In this document: in pieces, positions 23,157 through 30,942 of the stretch | How positions within the stretch are numbered: position 1 is the first letter of the stretch | Layout: the number at the start of each line of letters is the position of its first letter | Source: an uncultured Rickettsiales bacterium | GTDB lineage: Bacteria > Pseudomonadota > Alphaproteobacteria > Rickettsiales > JABCZZ01 | Length of the DNA stretch: 33,701 nt | Direction of reading: 5' to 3' | Assembly (NCBI GenBank): GCA_964520155.1 | Contig: CAZFOM010000001.1 | Coordinates: forward strand, 1 to 33,701 | Position numbers and translations under genes: made by a program | Notes under the pieces: model-generated | The model's input: only the letters and a program-made list of their open reading frames with translations | What the model was told of the DNA's origin: nothing | The model's database searches: none

Positions 23157-24755
23157 ATGTGTGTCTTGTGCGCTCAGCGTTCACTGGCAAATGGGCAGTT
23201 TTCTGGCCATGTCGAGATGAATTTTGCCACCCTTACTCCCACGCTCACACCAACCACTCCCACCGGCACCAGCACAACAACTGCCGCGGTTGCGACGTTA
23301 CTCGAAACATTTAACTGGAATGGGACGATCGGCACAGCTGCCATGGTACCTTATTCCTTTGGTCTCAGCTTTGAAGGCGGCACACTGTTCAACGCGACCG
23401 AGCGCACTGCGGCACTCAGCGCCATGCAGCAATGGGCAAACGTCGCCAATATCAATTTTCAGTCCGTGACCAATAGCAGCGCCAAACTCGCATTCTCAAA
23501 AACCACGTTCGGCCCCGATCTTGCCGGACTGACCACCACGTTTTTCAGCGGCACGCGGATTGCGCAATCCGAAGTGCAGATTGATTCCACCGTTACCAGC
23601 TTTGGCAATGGCACGTTCGGACATCTCGTCATGCTGCATGAGATTGGCCATGCACTCGGTCTCAAACACCCGGGCGCTTACGGCCCATCAGATACTGGGC
23701 CATACCTGACCAGCGCCGAGGATACGATCCAGAACACGGTCATGTCGTATAACGACAGCGCGCTGGTTAACGCATCGAACTATCCGGTGACGCCCATGAT
23801 CTACGATATTGCCGCCATGCAATATCTGTATGGCGCCAATATGGCCTTCAATGCCGGTGATTCGAACTACACATTTAATGGCAGCACCACGGCACAAACC
23901 CTGTGGGACGGCGGTGGGTTTGATACGATTCAGGTTGCGGGCTTTACTGGCAACACCACGATTGATCTCAACTCCGGCATCAACAACGCCACCTCCATTG
24001 GTGGCGCACGGATCTGGATTGCATTTAATGCCAACATCGAAAACGCGATTGGCAACAACGGCAACGACCGCATTACTGGCAATGCGCTGGGTAACCATCT
24101 GTATGGCTCCGGCGGGCTGGATACGATTAATGGCGGTGCAGGGAACGATCTGATCTTCGGCGGTAACGGCGTGACGGATCCCACCGACGCCTCGGATCTG
24201 ATCTTCGGCGGATCGGGTGTGGATGAAATTTATGGTAATGGCGGCAATGATACGATTTACGGCGGTGCCAGCGAAACGGATGGATCGGACGCGGCCGACC
24301 TGGTTTACGGCGGTCTGGGTGTTGATTTCATTGCCGGAAATGCCGGAAACGATACGATTTACGGCGGAGGCAGCACCACGGATCCATTCGATCAGGGAGA
24401 TACGATTTTCGGCGGGCTGGGTAACGATCTGATCTACGGCAATGGCGGCGGCGACCAGATTTTTGGCAGTGTTGGAAACGATACGATGCACGGTGGCCTG
24501 GGAGATGACCAATACCGTATCAGTTCCGGCGAGGGGCAGGATCTGATTTTATTCTTTGAAGGCGCGGGTGTTGCCGGTGGGGATGTGATCGTCCTGTCGT
24601 CCAATATCAACGGAATCGGTGTTGGCAGTGGCGCAGGGATGATTCCACAGATCAGTTACGGAAGCGGCAATGCCCTGATCAATCTCGGGGGCGGGAATAA
24701 CCTCACCGTGTTTGGCGTGACTAGCTTTACCGCCGACGATTTCGCTTTTGTATAG
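23157..24755 (+). CDS. Serralysin-type (metzincin M10B-like) zinc metalloprotease with a C-terminal RTX domain
   Basis: AGGGAGGA (23145-23152) precedes ATG 23157. Zinc motif HEIGHALGLKH at 23637-23669, and the Met-turn with Tyr is TVMSY. RTX-type repeats span about 24051-24515 (GGAGNDLIFGG, GNGGNDTIYGG, GNAGNDTIYGG, GGLGNDLIYGNGGGDQIFG). The C-terminus FTADDFAFV resembles the acidic-hydrophobic T1SS tails of secreted proteases. Confidence 0.85.
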   Translation: MCVLCAQRSLANGQFSGHVEMNFATLTPTLTPTTPTGTSTTTAAVATLLETFNWNGTIGTAAMVPYSFGLSFEGGTLFNATERTAALSAMQQWANVANINFQSVTNSSAKLAFSKTTFGPDLAGLTTTFFSGTRIAQSEVQIDSTVTSFGNGTFGHLVMLHEIGHALGLKHPGAYGPSDTGPYLTSAEDTIQNTVMSYNDSALVNASNYPVTPMIYDIAAMQYLYGANMAFNAGDSNYTFNGSTTAQTLWDGGGFDTIQVAGFTGNTTIDLNSGINNATSIGGARIWIAFNANIENAIGNNGNDRITGNALGNHLYGSGGLDTINGGAGNDLIFGGNGVTDPTDASDLIFGGSGVDEIYGNGGNDTIYGGASETDGSDAADLVYGGLGVDFIAGNAGNDTIYGGGSTTDPFDQGDTIFGGLGNDLIYGNGGGDQIFGSVGNDTMHGGLGDDQYRISSGEGQDLILFFEGAGVAGGDVIVLSSNINGIGVGSGAGMIPQISYGSGNALINLGGGNNLTVFGVTSFTADDFAFV

Positions 24756-24766
24756 TCAGAGGTATC

Positions 24767-25801
24767 CTACTTAACAGCTTCCGGCGCCTGAACGATCACG
24801 CCTGTCCAGCCCAGCCCGTCATATTCCTGATAACCAAGGGTTCTCGCGAAGGCAATCACGGTGCCATCCTCGAGTTTGTAATAGCCCTTTTTCTGCCCTG
24901 AGGTCTGAAGCGCGAAAGGCTCAAGCAGATTTTTCCCGTCGGATGCCGCGATAATACGTTGTTTGGCATCGAGCAGCAACACACGCGTGCGCTTCCATTC
25001 TTCCTGCGACAGATTGGGTTCGTCCTGCACAATGGAGCGCGACTGTTCCTGCCAGTCAAAAAATACCCCGAGCACTCCAAGTGATTCTCCCTGTAGATCG
25101 CCGCCGCGACGTACCGCTGCAGAATAGACTGCCACCGGACGATTGTGATGCAAGCTGCAATTGAATATATCATCGACCACATACTCGTCGCCACGCGCGG
25201 TATTCATCGCACCTTTGAACCAGTAGGTGCTACTGACATCCGCCCCGAGCGAGGCAGGAAATTTCGACGGTTCGGAGACGGCAATCACGCGACCGGACTT
25301 ATCCGCGAGCAACAGATTGATATACACCGAGTAGAACCGGTTGATGATGCCCAGACGCTTGATCGCATGGGTGGCGCTTTCGGTGGAGATTTTCTCCAGG
25401 CAGCTATACATCGCCTCATCCGTTGCCCACCACCGCACATCGGCCGTGCGCTCATAGAGGTTGCGCACGATCAGCTGCACCAGTGTTTGTGCCATTTCGC
25501 TCAAACGACCATACTCGCGCACTTCAAACTGCTCGGCGAGTGCCATGGTCTGCGATTGGATTTTACTAAAGATTGTGGTGCGAAATTCCTTGGAATTGGT
25601 GGCTGCCTGTGTGGCCAGTGACTTCACTTCGGAGGCTACTACCGCAAAGCCTTTGCCGTATTCACCGGCGCGCGCTGCCTCAATCGTTGCGTTCAGCGCC
25701 AGCAAATTGGTGTGGCTCGCGATGGTTTCGTTGCTCTTTGCAAATTTCTGCACTTCATCCTGAATCGTATGGATGATGGACTGAATCTGCTGACTCGACA
25801 T
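24767..25801 (-). CDS. Soluble protein: minimal MCP signalling-tip segment fused to a C-terminal Cache-like sensor domain
   Basis: The N-terminal ~95 aa contain the MCP hairpin-tip signature [33 protein letters not shown]. The rest ([16 protein letters not shown]...[16 protein letters not shown]...STYWFKGA...VAVYSAAV...GVLGVFFDW...[16 protein letters not shown]) has the helix plus beta-sheet pattern of Cache/PAS-like ligand-binding domains. No TM segment is present. AAGGAA lies 6 nt before the ATG. Confidence 0.7.
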   Translation of the reverse strand: MSSQQIQSIIHTIQDEVQKFAKSNETIASHTNLLALNATIEAARAGEYGKGFAVVASEVKSLATQAATNSKEFRTTIFSKIQSQTMALAEQFEVREYGRLSEMAQTLVQLIVRNLYERTADVRWWATDEAMYSCLEKISTESATHAIKRLGIINRFYSVYINLLLADKSGRVIAVSEPSKFPASLGADVSSTYWFKGAMNTARGDEYVVDDIFNCSLHHNRPVAVYSAAVRRGGDLQGESLGVLGVFFDWQEQSRSIVQDEPNLSQEEWKRTRVLLLDAKQRIIAASDGKNLLEPFALQTSGQKKGYYKLEDGTVIAFARTLGYQEYDGLGWTGVIVQAPEAVK

Positions 25802-25912
25802 AGATTGTTCCTTTGTTCAATTTTTTTGTTTGTTGTACTTCTTGTGCGCGCTGTATGATGCGGGATTTTGAATGATGATGAGGGGCAGAAGCCCCCCATA
25901 CCAAAATTTGGC

Positions 25913-27286
25913 TTAGTGGTGGATTTTTTCGCCATGCATGGCCATGTCCAGACCCTGCGCTTCGGTGTTTTCATCCACACGCAGCCCCATGATTCCATCA
26001 ATGAGTTTCAGCAGGATAAAGCTCACGACACCAGCATAGACCAGCGTGACCACCACACCTTCAATCTGTGCCAGCACCTGTGCCATGCTGCCGGTTTCAA
26101 GCAGGCCGCCCACGCCGCCAATTGCGGATACGGCAAACACGCCGGTCAGGATCGCACCCGCGATACCGCCGACACAGTGAATACCAAATACATCCAGCGT
26201 ATCGTCGTAGCCAAATCGGTATTTGAGTTGCGACCCGTAGAAGCACAACGCACCGGCGATGAAACCGATTGCCATCGCGCCACCCACACCGACAAAGCCG
26301 GAAGCGGGTGTAATCGCCACGAGTCCAGCCACGGCGCCGGAAATCAGACCCAGTACAGTGGGCTTTTTAACGGTCAACCACTCGACAATCATCCAGCTCA
26401 ATCCCGCACAGGCGGTGGCCACATGCGTCACCAGCATGGCCATACCCGCGCGCTCACCAGAAGCAACTGCTGAACCGGCATTGAATCCGAACCAGCCCAC
26501 CCACAGAAGCGATGCGCCGATCAGCGAGAACGCGATATTGTAGGGAGGTGTATTCTTGCGGCGCTTATCGAAATCATGCCCTTTACGAATGAGCAGGGCA
26601 GCCATCAGGCCAGCGATACCGGCGTTGATATGCACCACCGTGCCGCCGGCAAAATCCAACGGTACGCCAAAACCCAGCAGACCTTTATTATCAGGATTGT
26701 TGACGCTGCTGAGCAACCCACCAGGCCCCCAGACCCAGTGGGCAATTGGCGCATAAACAAGAGTCATGAACAAACCGGCAAACACCAGCATCGAAGAAAA
26801 CTTGATGCGTGTCGCCACCGCGCCCATGATGAGTGCTGTTGTGATGATCGCAAACGTCATCTGGAAGAAAACAAAGACGGTTTCTGGAATAGTGCCGCTC
26901 AGCGTGGACATTTCCATACCGTTTAAGAAGAAGCGGCTGGTTCCGCCGATAAATGCTGAGCCTTCGGTAAAGGCGAGTGAGTAACCATAGGCTACCCACA
27001 GCACCGAGATCAGACAGCATATGCTGAAACTTTGGGTGAGTACCGCAAGCACGGAGCCTCGCTGTACCATGCCGGCATAAAACAGAGCCAGCCCTGGGAT
27101 CGTCATCATCAGCACGAGTAGGGTGGATACCATCATCCAGGCGGTATCAGCGCCGTTTGCGGTTGGTGTTGGCGCGGCGTCCTGAGCAATGCCTGCGATT
27201 GGCAGCGCCACAGACATCAGTGTAAGGGCGCAAAGCGCCAGTGTTCTTTGCAAGAGGTTCGCCCCTGTTTTGTTGTTGTTTTTCAT
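25913..27286 (-). CDS. amtB: Ammonium transporter (Amt family)
   Basis: Signal-like N-terminus, conserved blocks DFAGGTVVHINAGIAGLMAALL and DVFGIHCVGGIAGAILTG, and 11 TM-type helices. AAGGAG is better spaced for ATG 27286 than for the listed ATG 27292. Confidence 0.9.
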   Translation of the reverse strand: MKNNNKTGANLLQRTLALCALTLMSVALPIAGIAQDAAPTPTANGADTAWMMVSTLLVLMMTIPGLALFYAGMVQRGSVLAVLTQSFSICCLISVLWVAYGYSLAFTEGSAFIGGTSRFFLNGMEMSTLSGTIPETVFVFFQMTFAIITTALIMGAVATRIKFSSMLVFAGLFMTLVYAPIAHWVWGPGGLLSSVNNPDNKGLLGFGVPLDFAGGTVVHINAGIAGLMAALLIRKGHDFDKRRKNTPPYNIAFSLIGASLLWVGWFGFNAGSAVASGERAGMAMLVTHVATACAGLSWMIVEWLTVKKPTVLGLISGAVAGLVAITPASGFVGVGGAMAIGFIAGALCFYGSQLKYRFGYDDTLDVFGIHCVGGIAGAILTGVFAVSAIGGVGGLLETGSMAQVLAQIEGVVVTLVYAGVVSFILLKLIDGIMGLRVDENTEAQGLDMAMHGEKIHH

Positions 27287-27489
27287 TAGCATATCTCCTT
27301 ATTGGGTTAAGCGAGTGAATGCCAACGATTATTCCAGACGGTTTTTATTATTTTAATGTGTTGGCCGATCACTAACACACCGCACCGGCTTTGTCAAAAT
27401 GACATGCCCTAAAGAGGGAAATAGAGTAAGCGGCTCTAATTCCTTCTATTATTCGTGCAATTTCTTTTGATGTGGCTATAGTGCGCCGC

Positions 27490-28146
27490 ATGAAAAAACG
27501 CGACGCAAACTTTCTGTGGCTGATTCTGCTTTCCCTATGGTTTGCCTGTATTGCAAGCGATGCTTCTGCCGAACGTATTTCCTATTTTGTCAATCACGAG
27601 ACCCGCTACGATAACCTTTCCAATTTTCCGAAATGGAATGGTGTATTGTCGCGTTATTTCGAAAAATCCGACATCATGAATCAGCCATGCGGAAGCGCGC
27701 GATTTAACCCCTGCAAATTAAAGGAATGGCAAGATTTTCTGGATACTCAGCAAGGCAAACCGCTGCGTGAACAGCTGGTGGCCGTCAATGCCTACATTAA
27801 CAAAAGTCCATATATACTGGATATTGATAACTGGGGACTGAATGATTATTGGGCAACACCCTACGAGTTTCAGGATCGCAGCGGCGATTGCGAAGATTAC
27901 GCGATTGCGAAATTCATCTCTTTGCGGGCACTCGGCGTTTCAAACGACCTCATGCGCGTGATTATCGTACAGGATTTCAATCTGGGCGGCATTATTCACG
28001 CCGTACTGATTGTATTCGTGGACGGCAAGGTCTTGGTGCTCGACAATCAGGCGCAGGAAGTGAAGAGCGCGCTCGATATCTACCACTACAAGCCCATTTA
28101 CTCGATCAATGAAACCCATTGGTGGAAACATATCCCGATTCAGTAA
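27490..28146 (+). CDS. Periplasmic transglutaminase-like cysteine proteinase (BTLCP, LapG family)
   Basis: From ATG 27490 there is a classic signal peptide, MKKRDANFLWLILLSLWFACIASDASA. The C/H/D triad contexts are RSGDCEDYAIAKF, GIIHAVLIV and VLVLDNQ, as in the BTLCP/DUF920 family. The listed ORF starts at an upstream GTG (27472). Confidence 0.8.
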   Translation: MKKRDANFLWLILLSLWFACIASDASAERISYFVNHETRYDNLSNFPKWNGVLSRYFEKSDIMNQPCGSARFNPCKLKEWQDFLDTQQGKPLREQLVAVNAYINKSPYILDIDNWGLNDYWATPYEFQDRSGDCEDYAIAKFISLRALGVSNDLMRVIIVQDFNLGGIIHAVLIVFVDGKVLVLDNQAQEVKSALDIYHYKPIYSINETHWWKHIPIQ

Positions 28147-28239
28147 CCCTATGACACACGTATCCCGATCTTTATCAACAGAGGGTTGTAAACCCCACCC
28201 CATCACGATAGTATCCTTTATCCATCAGGAGAGATTCTC

Positions 28240-30375
28240 ATGACCGACGCATCCCGAATCATCACCGACACCGTGCGTGAATCCGGCGCCAAACGCACAA
28301 TCAGCGCGGCGCATCTGGTGCTGGTGCTCATTATGCTGGCGCTTGCAAGCCTCGTACTGATTTCACGCTTTTCGGGTGCGGAATTGCAGCGCGAGGTCAA
28401 TAACTGGCAGGTGCGCCTTAATCTGATTGCGGATAGCCGCGTGCGCGACGTGAATCAGTGGTTATCTTCGCAGTTTGGCGAATTACAGGCGCTTGCAGAC
28501 AATGCCTCTTTGCAGCTCTATGTGACGGAACTGGAAACCAATCCGCAGGTGGCACAGGCCGAATCACCGGCAGAGCGCAGTTACCTGCGCAACCTCCTGC
28601 TCTTTACTGCACAGAAAGCCGGATATGGTACCGCCCAAAGCGACCCCATTAACCAGATCCCTGCCAACGTCAATCGCGCAGGCCTGGGAGGCATTGCGGT
28701 GATAGACAATACGGGTAAAGTGCTCGTGGCTACTCCGGAAATGCCCGCTGTGGAAGGTGCGCTGCTACAGAAATTACAGGCACAGGAATTTGGAAAATCC
28801 GCGATTTTAGATCTGGAGCGCAATCCAAACGGCCAACTGACGATCGGCTTCGTCGTGCCCGTGTTTGCCATTCAGGGCGATCGTGATGCAAACTCGCAGA
28901 TCGGAAGAGTCGTGGGCATCCGCACGGTGGGAGAGGATCTGTTTGGCCGCCTCATCCATCCAGGTGTAACAGAAAAAACGCTCGAAAACCTGCTCGTGAA
29001 AGCCGACGGAGAAAATGTCGTTAATCTCTCCCCGCTCAAGGATGGAAGCAAGCCGCTTGAGAAGCCGATCAAATCTACTACGGAGGTGGATGTCACTTAC
29101 GCCGTTTCCAACCCGGGAAACTTCTCGGAAGCCAAGGGTATTTCGGGGCGTGAGGTGCTCATGACCAGCCGCACGGTCAGCGGCGCACCGTGGGTGCTGC
29201 TCACGCGCATCGACCGCAAGGAAGCGCTGCGCGATGGGAATCTCTGGCGTACTCGCATGACGACGATTCTGGCATTGATGCTGGCGCTCATGATCGCCAT
29301 CATCGGCGCGGCCTGGTGGTATGGCACCTCGCGCCGTGCCATGCAGTTGTCGCTGCGCAGCAATCAGCTCGCCGCGCAATACGCCCAGCAGGAGAAACTC
29401 CTGCGGCTCGTGACAGACAACCAGCCCGAACCGATTTTCATAACGGATCGTTTCAGCAAAGTGTGGTTTGTCAATGATAGGGCTGCGCGTACGTTCAAAG
29501 CACCGGCGAGCGAACTGATCGGCAAGGAACTGCCCCATGTGATGGGGCCTGCTACTGCGCAAGATTATATGGAAGCGAATAAATCGGCGCTTGAAATGGA
29601 TAAGGCGGTGTCGCGCACCAGTCGTCAGTATGAGGAAAATGAACTGCGCATCATCCGTTCCGAACATATTCCTCTGAGCCATATCCCAATTGAAACACTG
29701 CCCTATCCGACTGCTGGCGTGCTTGTCGTGGATCAGGATATCACCGAAGCGGTGATTGAACGTGAGAAGCGTTCAGACACCTTGAAGCAGATCGTGGATA
29801 CGCTCGTGAAAATGATGGATCAGCGTGATCCTCACGCGGCGAATCACTCGGCACTGGTGGCGATGATTGCGCGCGAAATGGCCGAAGAAATGGGGCTTGA
29901 TACGCGCACCGTCGAAACAACAGAAACAGCGGGCAACCTGATGAATATCGGTAAAATTGTCGTTCCGAGTGAAGTGCTCACCAAATCCGTGGCATTAAAC
30001 GAGAACGAGCTCAGTGCCGTGCGTCGCTCGCTGAAACAGAGTGCGGATGTACTGCGCGGTATCGTGTTCGACGGGCCGGTGGTGGAAACCCTGGAGCAGG
30101 CACAAGAACATTGGGACGGCACGGGGCCTGGCGGACTTAAGGGCGACAGTATTCTGGTCTCCGCACGCATCATCGCGGTGGCGAATGCCTTCGTCGGTAT
30201 GGTCAGCTCGCGCTCCTACCGCGCCGCGCTGCCGGTCGAGCAGGTTCTTAAAGCCATGCTCGATCAGATCGAAACACGGTTTGATCGCCGCGCAGTGGTC
30301 GCACTCATCAACTACATCGAAAACAAGGGTGGTCGGGCGGAGTTATCGAAGCTCACGCTGGGCAAAGCGGCTTAG
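28240..30375 (+). CDS. Membrane signalling protein: TM, periplasmic double-Cache-like domain, TM, PAS, degenerate HD-GYP domain
   Basis: AGGAGAG (28227-28233) precedes the ATG. TM1 is LVLVLIMLALASLVLI, followed by about 290 aa outside with a Cache-like pattern, then TM2 ILALMLALMIAIIGAAWWY. A PAS-like segment follows (PEPIFITDRFSKVWFVNDRAARTF...). The HD-GYP-like domain has HD replaced by MN (LMNIGK, nt 29941-29946) and GYP replaced by GPG (EHWDGTGPGG, nt 30124-30132). Confidence 0.75.
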   Translation: MTDASRIITDTVRESGAKRTISAAHLVLVLIMLALASLVLISRFSGAELQREVNNWQVRLNLIADSRVRDVNQWLSSQFGELQALADNASLQLYVTELETNPQVAQAESPAERSYLRNLLLFTAQKAGYGTAQSDPINQIPANVNRAGLGGIAVIDNTGKVLVATPEMPAVEGALLQKLQAQEFGKSAILDLERNPNGQLTIGFVVPVFAIQGDRDANSQIGRVVGIRTVGEDLFGRLIHPGVTEKTLENLLVKADGENVVNLSPLKDGSKPLEKPIKSTTEVDVTYAVSNPGNFSEAKGISGREVLMTSRTVSGAPWVLLTRIDRKEALRDGNLWRTRMTTILALMLALMIAIIGAAWWYGTSRRAMQLSLRSNQLAAQYAQQEKLLRLVTDNQPEPIFITDRFSKVWFVNDRAARTFKAPASELIGKELPHVMGPATAQDYMEANKSALEMDKAVSRTSRQYEENELRIIRSEHIPLSHIPIETLPYPTAGVLVVDQDITEAVIEREKRSDTLKQIVDTLVKMMDQRDPHAANHSALVAMIAREMAEEMGLDTRTVETTETAGNLMNIGKIVVPSEVLTKSVALNENELSAVRRSLKQSADVLRGIVFDGPVVETLEQAQEHWDGTGPGGLKGDSILVSARIIAVANAFVGMVSSRSYRAALPVEQVLKAMLDQIETRFDRRAVVALINYIENKGGRAELSKLTLGKAA

Positions 30376-30405
30376 TATAGTCATTTGGTGCCACTTCGCT
30401 GCGTC

Positions 30406-30525
30406 ATCCCGTGGCTTGACCACGGGATCTGAAGACTCAAGTACCGTTCTGTATTGATGATGAAATTCCATCGTCTCGAATAGATTTTAACATGCAGCCA
30501 GAGATCCCGCGATCACGTCGCGGGA
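30406..30525. repeat. Two related small GC-rich hairpin repeats in a convergent intergenic region
   Basis: Hairpin 1: atcccgtgg (30406-30414) / ccacgggat (30420-30428), a 9-bp stem. Hairpin 2: tcccgcga (30505-30512) / tcgcggga (30518-30525), an 8-bp stem. They share the core TCCCG.G...C.CGGGA. Confidence 0.5.
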
Positions 30526-30603
30526 AGACGGTGGAGGATAGGCAAAAGCGGCATAATAGAGTTATTTTCTGGATTGCCGCGGTCGCTCACAATCAACCAT
30601 CAA

Positions 30604-30888
30604 CTATATCTCCACATCCGCGCAGAATCGTAGCTCTCTTAGTGGTCGCACCACGCGAACCGATTCCTCATAGATCGGGTGCGCCTGATAGGCCTTCAAA
30701 TCGGTAAGCGTTTCAAACTCACCGTAAACGACGACATCAATTTCGTTGCTGATACCATCGTGTTTCAGATTTTCACGCACGGAAAAATTTCTCACCTGCG
30801 GTATCTGTCCCAGTGCGGAAAGCCCTTTGAGAATGGCCGTAAGATCTTCTTTATTTTTTGCGCTGAAGAAAACAATATGCCGAATCAT
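30604..30888 (-). CDS. Dabb-family stress-responsive alpha/beta-barrel protein
   Basis: 94 aa. MIRHIVFFSAK..., ...DVVVYGEFETLTDLKAYQAHPIYEE... and the overall length match the Dabb domain pattern. Confidence 0.8.
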   Translation of the reverse strand: MIRHIVFFSAKNKEDLTAILKGLSALGQIPQVRNFSVRENLKHDGISNEIDVVVYGEFETLTDLKAYQAHPIYEESVRVVRPLRELRFCADVEI

Positions 30889-30942
30889 ATAGTTATTTAA
30901 TTTTTATCATTTCCGGTGAGCGAAAATGATAAAGGTGAATGA

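Noticed and set aside
11513-24766. Calling the 13-kb surface-protein region a mobile genomic island.
   Set aside because: I saw no integrase, transposase, tRNA gene or flanking direct repeats. Only one copy of the palindromic element lies at the left edge. Without composition statistics or comparative genomics, the mobile-element label is unsupported.
25882-25895. Short hairpin ggggc-agaa-gcccc downstream of amtB as its terminator.
   Set aside because: The stem is only 5-6 bp and no U-tract follows on the minus strand. That is too weak to call, so amtB and the MCP-like gene may be co-transcribed.
27309-27324. Sigma54-like TGGCAT-N-CGCTT on the minus strand upstream of amtB (an NtrC-dependent promoter would be expected).
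   Set aside because: The GG-to-GC spacing is one nt short of the -24/-12 consensus. The implied transcription start would fall on the Shine-Dalgarno sequence, so this is probably a chance match.
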